A program made the position numbers and the translations under genes. DNA of 30,739 nt from Candidatus Sericytochromatia bacterium (GTDB lineage Bacteria; Cyanobacteriota; Sericytochromatia; S15B-MN24; UBA4093): assembly GCA_036676495.1 (NCBI GenBank), contig JAKFCT010000063.1, positions 1-30,739 of the forward strand, in the 5' to 3' direction. The notes under the pieces are model-generated. The model saw only the letters and a list, made by a program, of their open reading frames with translations. It did no database searches and was not told the DNA's origin. This document shows, in pieces, positions 17,748 to 26,196 of the stretch; the stretch's first letter is position 1; every line of letters starts with the position of its first letter.

Positions 17748-20501
17748 ATGGCGATCGCAGTCTCGGAGGCCTTCAAGGCACGCTTTCGCGGGCCCATCGA
17801 TCGCTCTCAGCTGCTCGTCGAGGTCCTGTTTGCCGGCGCGACCTGGACGGACGTCAGCGAATGGGTTGAGCAGGCGAGCGGCGAGAAGGAGGAGGGCTCG
17901 GGGCGGGGAACGGCCAGCACCAACACCCTCAACCTGACGCTCATCAACGACGACGGCCGCTTCAGCGCCAAGAACTCGGCCGGGCCCTACTACGGCAACC
18001 TCACGCCGAACAAGCCGATCCGCGTCTCGACGGTCTGGGGCTCGGAGTCCGTGCGCCTCTTCACCGGCTACACCGGGCCCTGGCCGACCAAGGCGAGAGC
18101 CAGGGAATGCCAGATCCAGGCCCAGGACGCCGCCCGGATTCTCCTTCGGAAGGACATCCGCGAGGAGGTCGTCTTCAACCCGACCGCCATGGAGGCGGGC
18201 TACTACCTGACCCCCATCCTGGAGCGTGCTGCCTGGCTCTCGGGCCTCCGCTGGGACGCGGTCACCACGAGGACGGACCTCGCAGGCCATGCCTGGGCCT
18301 TCGCCTCCCACGACGGGACCGCCATCGCGGTCACGAAGAACGCGGGCGCGGCGGTGGCCACGTACACCCTGGCCGGCCAGCTGGTCATGCAGCTCGACCT
18401 GGTCGACCTCCTCATCCCCGTCGCGCCGCTCAAAGGGAAGGCGCTCGCCGTCCTGGACCAGCTCGCCAAGGTGGTAGACGGCAGGATCTACTTCGAAAGC
18501 CAGGGGCAGCTCGTCTTCCGCTGCCCGATGTACCGCAATGACTCGACCCTGGTTTCCGTCGAGACCTTCACCGTCGACAACCTGGACGACGTCCTCACGG
18601 ATCAGGGCTTCGAAGGGGGGCGGTACTCGCCGCTCATCAACCGGGCCGAGGTGACGTCGACGCCGTACACGTTCCGGCTCGATGCCGCGGGGCAGGTCCT
18701 CGAGGAGTCCATCCCGTTCAAGGGCGATCTCTTCGCGAAATTCCACTTCGCGCCGGGAGAGTCCTACCCGGCGTCAGGCGATGCCGACCTCTGGTGCGAG
18801 CTTCCCAGCGGGCTCAAGCTCGCCAGGACTGGCAGCTACCCCACGGCCGCCAACGTGGTCCTGGAGTCCGCACCGAAGAGCGACCTGACGAAGCCCGGAT
18901 CCGGTATCCGCTTCAAGGCCGGCTTCCCGGTCTTCGAGCAAGGCCGGATGAAGGTGGCCTTCGAAAACGCGGGGACGGTGGCCGAAGTCATCAAGACCTT
19001 GACCCTCAAGGCGCGGCTGATGCGCCCGGTTCAGCGCTGCCGCTCGGTCACGGAGAACGCGGCTTCCATCGCCCTCTACGACCAGCGGGATTGGACCTAT
19101 ACCAACGACTTGATCCCGCATGCGACGGGCTGCAAGAACCTCGGTGCCTGGAAGGTCGCAGACGGCAAGGACCCTAAGACCCTCGTCACCCTGACAGTGA
19201 TGCATGCCGTTCCCTGGCTGGAGATCAACGACAAGGTCACGGCCAGCGAGACGATCACCAAGACCTTGCCTGCAGCGGAGGATTTCATCGTGAAGCGGAT
19301 CAAGTGGGCCTTCGCCCTGGCGGCCTTCACCTCGACGATCGAGGGCTGTACGCCGTCTGTCGACTTCTCGGCGAGCGCGCTTCCGCCGGCAGTGGCGATC
19401 ATCGAAACCTCGAACCAGAACCAGAGCGGGGTCGAGCAGGCTGCCTTACCGCCCCAGGTAATCGACGGCACCCAGGGCTTGGTGGGGCTCAACAACGTGC
19501 CCGGCCTAGAGTGGGTAACGCGCAAGGCTCAAAAGCTGACCTACGGCGCCAACGTGGTAAAGGCCAAGTACTGCGTCTATGACGGCTCGTTCGTCCACCT
19601 CTCCGCGGATAGCGGCACGGACGGGAATTTCTACGAGCTCAGCCCAATGACCGGGGACATCAAGAGAACTACGAGCATCAATCCGGACGGCTACAAGGGG
19701 CCACGGATCAGCCTGGCGTCAGACGGGGCGCTGGTGCTCTATGATCAAGGGCAACTCTATAAGCTGAAGGACGGAATCCTTACTCTGAAAGCGAGCCCGC
19801 CGGCTGCCTTGAACAGGTACTTCCACGAGGTGATCTCCGGGGGTGGGATGATCTTCGCGCTGATGTCTGAGTTCCCTTCATTGCTTTCCAACCCTCGGCT
19901 CTGGGTGTGGAATTCCGACGACGACACCCAGCAAAACTCCCCGAATTTCACCAAAAACCTCAGCATTGCGGAACTGTCAGGCGCAGAGTACCTTTCGTTT
20001 GACGGAAAGTATTTGTACATCGTTGAGTGGGCATACAATTGGCTCCACTCAACGAATACGGCAGCGATCAGTCTCTATGATTCAAATGCGAATACCCTGA
20101 CTTCCGGCTACCACAAAATGTCGCCAGGCGAAGAGGTCTATTGCGTCATCTCCGACGGGCAGTCACTCTGGGTTGGCGTTAACGACACGGTCAGCGGCGC
20201 CAAGAAGGTAATTCAAGCATCCCTCACGCCGGGCACCTGGGGCCAGATCGAGAGGAAGCGAGAAATCCTGCTAGCAGGGATCCCCAAGCGGCTCCTTTTC
20301 GACGGGATGTATGTCTGGGCGCTCACCGATTCCCACCTCTACCAGCTATCACCCTCCGGAGCCATCGTGGCGAGCTTCGCGCTAGGTTCCGTCCCTGGGT
20401 CGCCGAAGGGGCTGACCTTCGACGGTACGGCCATCTGGGCCACCCTGGACACCGGCACCGTCTACCGCGTCCCCCGCATCGTCTCAGGCCGCCAGTTCTA
20501 A
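17748..20501 (+). CDS. Tail tip/hub protein with C-terminal beta-propeller-like domain
   Basis: Hub-like N-terminus (LTLINDDGRFS, GRIYFESQGQLVF); C-terminal repeats YDGSFVH, FDGKYLY, SDGQSLW, FDGMYVW, FDGTAIW. Confidence 0.8.
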   Translation: MAIAVSEAFKARFRGPIDRSQLLVEVLFAGATWTDVSEWVEQASGEKEEGSGRGTASTNTLNLTLINDDGRFSAKNSAGPYYGNLTPNKPIRVSTVWGSESVRLFTGYTGPWPTKARARECQIQAQDAARILLRKDIREEVVFNPTAMEAGYYLTPILERAAWLSGLRWDAVTTRTDLAGHAWAFASHDGTAIAVTKNAGAAVATYTLAGQLVMQLDLVDLLIPVAPLKGKALAVLDQLAKVVDGRIYFESQGQLVFRCPMYRNDSTLVSVETFTVDNLDDVLTDQGFEGGRYSPLINRAEVTSTPYTFRLDAAGQVLEESIPFKGDLFAKFHFAPGESYPASGDADLWCELPSGLKLARTGSYPTAANVVLESAPKSDLTKPGSGIRFKAGFPVFEQGRMKVAFENAGTVAEVIKTLTLKARLMRPVQRCRSVTENAASIALYDQRDWTYTNDLIPHATGCKNLGAWKVADGKDPKTLVTLTVMHAVPWLEINDKVTASETITKTLPAAEDFIVKRIKWAFALAAFTSTIEGCTPSVDFSASALPPAVAIIETSNQNQSGVEQAALPPQVIDGTQGLVGLNNVPGLEWVTRKAQKLTYGANVVKAKYCVYDGSFVHLSADSGTDGNFYELSPMTGDIKRTTSINPDGYKGPRISLASDGALVLYDQGQLYKLKDGILTLKASPPAALNRYFHEVISGGGMIFALMSEFPSLLSNPRLWVWNSDDDTQQNSPNFTKNLSIAELSGAEYLSFDGKYLYIVEWAYNWLHSTNTAAISLYDSNANTLTSGYHKMSPGEEVYCVISDGQSLWVGVNDTVSGAKKVIQASLTPGTWGQIERKREILLAGIPKRLLFDGMYVWALTDSHLYQLSPSGAIVASFALGSVPGSPKGLTFDGTAIWATLDTGTVYRVPRIVSGRQF

Positions 20502-20512
20502 CCCGTTCACCG

Positions 20513-20535
20513 GCCCCGCTTCGGCGGGGCTTTTC
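20513..20535 (+). terminator. Intrinsic terminator
   Basis: GCCCCGC-TTCG-GCGGGGC-TTTTC. Confidence 0.8.
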
Positions 20536-20549
20536 TCATGGAGGCCCTC

Positions 20550-23141
20550 ATGCCCGAAGTCTACTCGTCTGCCGAGGTCTCGCTCGAGTTGCTCGACCCG
20601 ATCACCGGCGCGGTTCTCATGACCATTCCCTTCCTGCGGGACGACACCTTCTCCGAGAGCCCGACCTACGCCCCCCGCGGCTACCACCGGAGCGCGGCCG
20701 TCTCTGCAGCCCGCCTCCGCTCCAAGGGGACGATCACCATCCGCAAGGACGTCGAGGGCCTGGCCTTCGCCCAGGAGGTCGAGCGCTGGCAAAAGGGCAT
20801 CGTCTGGTACCCGATGGGCTCGGACCTCAAGGGGAAGCGTTTCCGGCATCCCCACGTCCGCAAGGTCATGATGCAGCCGGATGGCACCAAGGAATACCGC
20901 ACGGGCTACGACGTCCGCCTCTCCGATCGGTCCTTGAGCCGGCCCGACGCGGGCCTCCTCTCGGAGTCGCTAACCTTCGATGTCCAGGGCGGATTCGATA
21001 CCCCGGGGAGCGATCGCGGGGAACCCGTCCGGGCCCTCGACTTCCACCGCACCGGCTCCGCCACCTACATCGCCCCTGACGGCCAGCTCAAGACGGCGGG
21101 GGATGGCGTGGCGCGGTTCGGGGTGCCGTGGGTGGTGCGGCGGAACTTGCTGCTTGATAGCGGGAACTACCGCACCAATTATGTGGCGTTTTCTGGCGCG
21201 AGCATCTCAGGCGACATACTCACCGCATCCGGGATGGATGCCGGTATCTATCGCGAGATCAGCATCTCAGGCGGTACGGCAGGTCGCACCTACACACTCT
21301 CGTGGATCGTCTCTGGCTCCGGCAAGGCGTACGTACAGATCAACGGTCGAGGCGGCGCAACTGCTGATGAGTTTGCAGCCGGCCTACCTGTGACGCTCAC
21401 GGGAGAGCCCCAGCGAATCAGCGTACCGATCACGCTCACGCAGAATGACCGAAATTCGCTCCGCGTCTATCTCAGAAACGGCCAAGCCGGAGCGCTATCC
21501 TGCAAGATGGAAGGTACGCAGATCGACCTCGGAGCCCTCACCCCCTACCAACCCACCAACTCCACCGGCCCCGACCTCACTCATCCCCTCAACGGCGCGG
21601 GGCTGGTGCTGGAGGGATTCGGCGTAAATCTGCTCACCTACTCAGAGCAGTTTGACAACCCGGCATGGCAGACGGACTCCACCGGCTTGGTTGTGACCGT
21701 CAATGCCGCGGCGGCACCAATGTCGCCCGCTATCTCAGCCGCGGATAAACTCACGTTTGGGACAGATGACTACATATACCAAAAGTACACCGGAAACACC
21801 CGCTCTGTAACGCTGGCGACTAGTACGCCAATCACTATGACCTCAGAGTGGCAGAGATTCAGCATTACGCAGGACTTCGGCGCTGGTACTGGGATTTTTA
21901 CCTTCTCTGTTTGGCTCAAAGCCGGGACAATGAGCAAGGTAAATCTTCGTCTATACGCCTCGTCTACTGGAGTCGTAGCACAGATTAGCAACGCGGCGGT
22001 AGACGGAAACCCCGCCCTACCTGCGGGTGATTGCTATGTGTGGGGCGCTCAACTTGAGAAGACCCCATTCTCGACCTCTTACATGCCATCGGGGATTGGG
22101 TTCGGCGTTCGTGAATCCGACCTCGTCGGCATCGTCCCGCCTCACAACTTGCTCAAGTGGAGCGAAGATTTCACCAAGTGGCAAAAAACGGTAGGCATCA
22201 CTGTTTCTGGCGGCACTATCACCAAAACGGCGGGCGCTCCATCCGAGGGAATCTACCAACAGATCACGACGGATGCGGACGGGTATTTCTGTGGAGCGAT
22301 CAAACTCAAGGCAGGATCGCTCTCAAAAGCCACGCTCCGCATCTACGATTACACGGTCAACGCGGATATCGCCCCAGCTCAAGTGCTCGATCTGCCTGCG
22401 GCTGACTACAGCACATTCGCGGTTCGGGGATACGCGGGCAATGGGAGACTCATAGGCTTCATCATCTACCCCGGAGACTCATCGCAAAGCACAACAGGGG
22501 CGATCCAAGTGGCGCAAGCTCGTCTTGTAAAAGGCCATCACCCCGGCATCTACGTCCCGACCACCGACACCCCCATCCTTCCCCCACCGAGTCCCGCGCT
22601 GGACCCGGCATGGCAGCAGAATGGGCGAGCGCGGTTCCGTGTGATGCCGCCGCCGATTAGCACGGGGAAGCACTACAACCTGATCGGCTATCCCTCTCGG
22701 GATGCTTCGGTGTTGGCCCCCATGCGGCTATTCCGAAACGCCGGGTTTACCACCACGCAGCAGACCATCAACTACGTGCGGCAGCACAATGCCGCAACGG
22801 GGTTTGGCGGAAACGCTGGCCTGGGAATCCTGGAAGGAACGGTCGCAAACTTCTACGACGGCACCCCCCACGACGTCATCCTCGAATGGACCAACGAAGT
22901 CCGCGAGACGGACGGCAGGCGCGAGATGTGGCAGCGCCTCTACATCGACGGTGTTCTAGTCGCTCAGCAGGACGTGGCCGCCCTCTACGGTGCAATGGCC
23001 TGGGCCGAGATCGATCCGAGTCGCCTCATCAGCGACGGAACCGCCTTCGCGGTCCTGTCCATGCTGCCCAGCAGAGGAGGAGTGATCGTCGAGTTCGCAC
23101 CGCGCCGCGCCGGCTACCGCCAGGTCGATCGAGCGGCCTAG
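20550..23141 (+). CDS. Virion fibre/receptor-binding protein with three carbohydrate-binding-like beta-sandwich modules
   Basis: FHRTGSATY..DG motif; three NLL..S modules ending TPYQPT/TSYMPS/GIYVPT; LamG-like RLYIDG C-terminus; GGAGG SD before ATG 20550. Confidence 0.75.
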   Translation: MPEVYSSAEVSLELLDPITGAVLMTIPFLRDDTFSESPTYAPRGYHRSAAVSAARLRSKGTITIRKDVEGLAFAQEVERWQKGIVWYPMGSDLKGKRFRHPHVRKVMMQPDGTKEYRTGYDVRLSDRSLSRPDAGLLSESLTFDVQGGFDTPGSDRGEPVRALDFHRTGSATYIAPDGQLKTAGDGVARFGVPWVVRRNLLLDSGNYRTNYVAFSGASISGDILTASGMDAGIYREISISGGTAGRTYTLSWIVSGSGKAYVQINGRGGATADEFAAGLPVTLTGEPQRISVPITLTQNDRNSLRVYLRNGQAGALSCKMEGTQIDLGALTPYQPTNSTGPDLTHPLNGAGLVLEGFGVNLLTYSEQFDNPAWQTDSTGLVVTVNAAAAPMSPAISAADKLTFGTDDYIYQKYTGNTRSVTLATSTPITMTSEWQRFSITQDFGAGTGIFTFSVWLKAGTMSKVNLRLYASSTGVVAQISNAAVDGNPALPAGDCYVWGAQLEKTPFSTSYMPSGIGFGVRESDLVGIVPPHNLLKWSEDFTKWQKTVGITVSGGTITKTAGAPSEGIYQQITTDADGYFCGAIKLKAGSLSKATLRIYDYTVNADIAPAQVLDLPAADYSTFAVRGYAGNGRLIGFIIYPGDSSQSTTGAIQVAQARLVKGHHPGIYVPTTDTPILPPPSPALDPAWQQNGRARFRVMPPPISTGKHYNLIGYPSRDASVLAPMRLFRNAGFTTTQQTINYVRQHNAATGFGGNAGLGILEGTVANFYDGTPHDVILEWTNEVRETDGRREMWQRLYIDGVLVAQQDVAALYGAMAWAEIDPSRLISDGTAFAVLSMLPSRGGVIVEFAPRRAGYRQVDRAA

Positions 23142-23149
23142 GAGGGGTC

Positions 23150-23302
23150 ATGCAGTACGTCAAAGCACTCCTCGGTATCGCCCTGATGCTGGGATCTTAC
23201 GCCCTGGCAGCATGGGCCGCGAGCAGAGAGGACTGGCTCCCCGCTGCTGTGATCATCCTCTACCTGTTCGGATCCTCGCGGCTCTTCGACCCGGAAGTCT
23301 AG
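23150..23302 (+). CDS. 50-aa two-helix membrane protein
   Basis: AGGAGGGG SD; two hydrophobic stretches. Confidence 0.7.
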   Translation: MQYVKALLGIALMLGSYALAAWAASREDWLPAAVIILYLFGSSRLFDPEV

Positions 23303-23312
23303 CAATCCCACC

Positions 23313-23344
23313 GCCCCCGCCTCACCCGCGGGGGCTCGCCTTTT
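23313..23344 (+). terminator. Terminator-like hairpin
   Basis: GCCCCCGC-ctcaccc-GCGGGGGC then TCGCCTTTT. Confidence 0.45.
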
Positions 23345-23354
23345 GGAGGACCCC

Positions 23355-23630
23355 ATGGCCCAGTCCATCACCCCCATCGTCACCCACCGCCAGATCCACC
23401 GCGCCATCATCGACGTGGACGGCGAGCGGATCACCATCGACCACTCCCAGGGCATCCAGCCCGAGGGGGAAGCATACCAGCCCCACCGCCATCTCACGGA
23501 CGAGATCCAGGGCGAGGCCTTCGCCGCGCTCTGCAACACCCCGATCACGGTCAAGGGACCGCATCAGACCTACGACACGACGGTCTACGCCCTGCTCAAG
23601 GATCTCCTGTACGGGGCGCTGCCCGTCTAA
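23355..23630 (+). CDS. Hypothetical phage protein
   Basis: GGAGGA SD; phage-like codon usage. Confidence 0.75.
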   Translation: MAQSITPIVTHRQIHRAIIDVDGERITIDHSQGIQPEGEAYQPHRHLTDEIQGEAFAALCNTPITVKGPHQTYDTTVYALLKDLLYGALPV

Positions 23631-23657
23631 CCCTGACTCGCTGAAAGGACCTACCAC

Positions 23658-23987
23658 ATGACCGAGCCGAGCCGTGATCGCCCCGTAGTTGTCCGTGACC
23701 CTGAAGCCCACCAGAAGCTCGACCGCATCCTTGAGTGGATCCAAGGTGACGGCCTGCGCGGGATCACCGGCGCGGCAGCGCGCATCCTCGACCTGGAGGA
23801 GCGTCTGGACGAGCAGGACAAGCGCATCAACCGACACTCCGAGCGCATCCGCGCGCTGGAGACGCGGGGCGCCGAGCAGCTCCGCTGGACCGTCAAGACC
23901 TTCGTGGAGAAGGCGATCGGCCTCGCGGCGGCCGGCGTTGTCGGCGCCTTAGCTGCCATCTTCGCGGCCAAGCCCCCCGCGCCGTAG
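23658..23987 (+). CDS. Coiled-coil protein with C-terminal membrane helix (XhlA-like lysis accessory)
   Basis: Heptads RILDLEERLDEQDKRINRHSERIRALE plus hydrophobic C-terminus, upstream of holin and lysin. Confidence 0.65.
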   Translation: MTEPSRDRPVVVRDPEAHQKLDRILEWIQGDGLRGITGAAARILDLEERLDEQDKRINRHSERIRALETRGAEQLRWTVKTFVEKAIGLAAAGVVGALAAIFAAKPPAP

Positions 23988-23996
23988 GAGGGCTCC

Positions 23997-24284
23997 ATGC
24001 GCATCTTCAAGGACCTCTTCTATGAGCGGAGCGGCCGGCGCGTCAGCCTGAGCCGAACGCAATTCTGGCTCGCGTGGGCCATCTTTATCCCGACCTACCT
24101 CCGTGCCGCCTGGTCCTCGGTCACTATCCCCGATGTGCCGCAGGGGTGGGTTGCGCTCCTCGCAGTCTCGGGCGGCGTCTACGCCGTCTCCAAGGCGATC
24201 GCCCGCCAGCGCGACGACGCCTACCCGCCGCCCTACACCTACGACTCCCATGACTACCTCGGAAAGGGGGATCCCCACAGATGA
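23997..24284 (+). CDS. Probable holin
   Basis: Two hydrophobic segments, SLSR motif, ATGA overlap with the endolysin. Confidence 0.65.
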   Translation: MRIFKDLFYERSGRRVSLSRTQFWLAWAIFIPTYLRAAWSSVTIPDVPQGWVALLAVSGGVYAVSKAIARQRDDAYPPPYTYDSHDYLGKGDPHR

Positions 24285-24832
24285 GCCGCGCTCTGATCGA
24301 CCCGAAGACGGGTAAGCCCTTCGCCTCGAAGCGCAAGGACCTCTCGCGCCTGGAATTCCTCGTCGTCCACCATGCCGGGCCCGGCACCGAGAAGTGGACG
24401 CCGGAGACCTTCATCCGGCACCGCCACGAAAGCGCCCTCACCTGGCAGAAGGCCGAGCAGAAGGCCAAGCGCCCGGGGACGCTCTACGCCTACTCGGGGA
24501 ACGGCTACAACGCCGTCGTCTTCCCGGATGGGTCCTGGACCCTCGACGTGCCCCTATCCGAGACCGCCTGGAGCACTGGGGGGCTCAACTCCATCTCCCT
24601 GGCCATGTGCTTCGCCGGCGACTACACCAGCAAGCTCCCCCCCGAGCTGGCCTTGAAGCGGGGTGAGCAGATCCTCGTCGCCTGGGAGCGGGAGTTCCAG
24701 TGGCGGCCAAAGATCATCGGGCACCGGGACGCCATCAGGTACAGCAAGGAGGCGACGCGCACAGCCTGCCCGGGCGACAAGCTCTATCCCTACCTGCCGA
24801 CTCTGATCAAGCGCGTGGAGGGCTACCGATGA
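24281..24832 (+). CDS. Endolysin, N-acetylmuramoyl-L-alanine amidase (amidase_2, T7-lysozyme-like)
   Basis: VVHH, GYN, IIGHRD, TACPG zinc-amidase motifs. Confidence 0.92.
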   Translation: MSRALIDPKTGKPFASKRKDLSRLEFLVVHHAGPGTEKWTPETFIRHRHESALTWQKAEQKAKRPGTLYAYSGNGYNAVVFPDGSWTLDVPLSETAWSTGGLNSISLAMCFAGDYTSKLPPELALKRGEQILVAWEREFQWRPKIIGHRDAIRYSKEATRTACPGDKLYPYLPTLIKRVEGYR

Positions 24833-25497
24833 GCAAGCGCCTGTACCTGGCCCTCGCTGCGGCGGGGGCCGCCCTCTTGGCCTTCCTGGGCCTCACCCGC
24901 TGCCCCGCGCCGGATCCGGTCACTCCGCCGGCGGCGATCGCCTCCCCCATGCCCGCGCCCCAGGCGGAGGCTACCAGCTCGGCGGCCGCCACGGCGACGG
25001 GAACACTCAAGGCGACCATCCGGCGACCTATTGGGCCCCATGCGCCTCAAATCAAGTCGGAAAACCTGCACAATGGGCCTGAAGCCCAGGCGGGAAGCGA
25101 CGGGCCCCATGCGCGAGATTTCGAGGAGATCGTCATCGAGGTCAGCCAGACCGCGACGGCAGCCGCCAGCTCCGAGGCTTCGGCTGCGGCCGAAGCCCCC
25201 TCGCTGGAGTGGGTGCGCCGCGAAGAGCCACGCGGACGTGACGACCATGCCCGCCTCGGGGTCATGGGCGCGACCGTTCCAGGAGCCATCGCGATCACCT
25301 ACCAGCTCATGGCCGTCGAGCTGCCGCCCTGGCTCCTCGGCACTCCCCTGGAGCTGGGCCTGGACGCCGCCGTGAACCTCGAAGCGGGGGCGCTGGGAGT
25401 GACGGCTGGCCAGAAAGCCTTTGCAGGAGCCTACTACTGGTCCCGATGGAGCCTGAGCGATCACGGGCCTGCGATTGCGGTGGGCCTCAGATTCTAG
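24829..25497 (+). CDS. Membrane-anchored lysis-cassette protein (spanin position)
   Basis: ATGA overlap with endolysin; N-terminal hydrophobic helix then Cys25; C-terminal amphipathic strands ending AVGLRF. Confidence 0.7.
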   Translation: MSKRLYLALAAAGAALLAFLGLTRCPAPDPVTPPAAIASPMPAPQAEATSSAAATATGTLKATIRRPIGPHAPQIKSENLHNGPEAQAGSDGPHARDFEEIVIEVSQTATAAASSEASAAAEAPSLEWVRREEPRGRDDHARLGVMGATVPGAIAITYQLMAVELPPWLLGTPLELGLDAAVNLEAGALGVTAGQKAFAGAYYWSRWSLSDHGPAIAVGLRF

Positions 25498-25540
25498 GCA
25501 AGACTACCCGAGTATATCCCGATCTCCGTATACTTCCCCC

Positions 25541-25567
25541 CCCCCGGCTTCGGCCGGGGGCTTTTTC
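25541..25567 (+). terminator. Intrinsic terminator closing the late operon
   Basis: CCCCCGGC-TTCG-GCCGGGGG-CTTTTTC. Confidence 0.88.
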
Positions 25568-25576
25568 GTTTCTCGT

Positions 25577-25620
25577 TATTTTTACGGTCGTAGTATTGAC
25601 ATAGTATTTTTACGGTCGTA
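25577..25620 (+). repeat. Two identical 16-bp direct repeats (putative operators)
   Basis: TATTTTTACGGTCGTA at 25577-25592 and 25605-25620; each holds the palindromic core TACG-GT-CGTA. Confidence 0.92.
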
Positions 25621-25624
25621 TTAT
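25596..25624 (+). promoter_or_regulatory. Near-consensus sigma70 promoter
   Basis: TTGACA (25596-25601), 17-nt spacer, TATTAT (25619-25624), in an AT-rich patch. Confidence 0.88.
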
Positions 25625-25670
25625 TAATCTTGTCAGGCGGATGCACCGCCAAGCGAGAGGAGAGATGACG

Positions 25671-25820
25671 ATGGCGAACGTTACGGTCAACGGCATGGAG
25701 AAGGAAGCGACCGGACTCCTCGATCTTTTCCTTGATGGCGAGACTGTCGAGAGCGTCGATCAGATGGAGTGGGCCTCTGAAGCCACTCGTGAGTTTATCA
25801 AAGCTGAGATGGGTAAGTAG
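25671..25820 (+). CDS. 49-aa acidic protein MANVTVNGMEKEATGLLDLFLDGETVESVDQMEWASEATREFIKAEMGK
   Basis: GAGGAG SD, first ORF after the promoter (alternative ATG 25665); below the ORF-track size cutoff. Confidence 0.75.
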   Translation: MANVTVNGMEKEATGLLDLFLDGETVESVDQMEWASEATREFIKAEMGK

Positions 25821-25837
25821 GCGAGGGGATAGAAGCG

Positions 25838-26071
25838 ATGTACCACCTTGTCAACACGATGACCAGCACCGAAGCCAACCACGTCGGGAGGCATATCAGC
25901 TCACACGACACCCAAGAGGAGGCGGAAAAGGCTCAGACTGAGTTTGATGCCAAGTTCGAGCCCGGCTCATATGTCCCTACCACCATCGTCTCCGAGGATG
26001 ATGGTTATTACCTGGAGACGGGGGACGTTTGGCGCCGCCCTTTCGCCGGGGCCGGGGCCGCCCAAAGCTAG
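25838..26071 (+). CDS. 77-aa acidic protein
   Basis: GAGGGG SD; ISSHDTQEEAEKA motif. Confidence 0.75.
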   Translation: MYHLVNTMTSTEANHVGRHISSHDTQEEAEKAQTEFDAKFEPGSYVPTTIVSEDDGYYLETGDVWRRPFAGAGAAQS

Positions 26072-26196
26072 GCGTCAAGTCCCGAAAGGTCACGCTGGAC
26101 GACGAGACCTGGGATTGGCTATCCAGCCATCCGGGAGGAGCCTCTGCCGCAATCCGCCAGCTCGTAGACCAAGCCCGCACCCAGCCCCGCCGATGA
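26029..26196 (+). CDS. 55-aa ribbon-helix-helix-like DNA-binding protein with RGRGRPK arm
   Basis: Translates as (M)APPFRRGRGRPKLGVKSRKVTLDDETWDWLSSHPGGASAAIRQLVDQARTQPRR, resembling the DUF2239 core as I recall it. TTG start after GGGGG, or reached by -1 frameshift. Confidence 0.75.
   Translation: MAPPFRRGRGRPKLGVKSRKVTLDDETWDWLSSHPGGASAAIRQLVDQARTQPRR

Noticed and set aside
25031-25375. Nested o-spanin ORF
   Set aside because: No hydrophobic signal peptide or lipobox.
25536-25545. C10 homopolymer as a phase-variation tract
   Set aside because: Intergenic and largely part of the terminator stem.
25577-25620. Mini CRISPR array or att core
   Set aside because: Only two 16-bp units with a 12-nt spacer containing the -35 box; an operator fits better.
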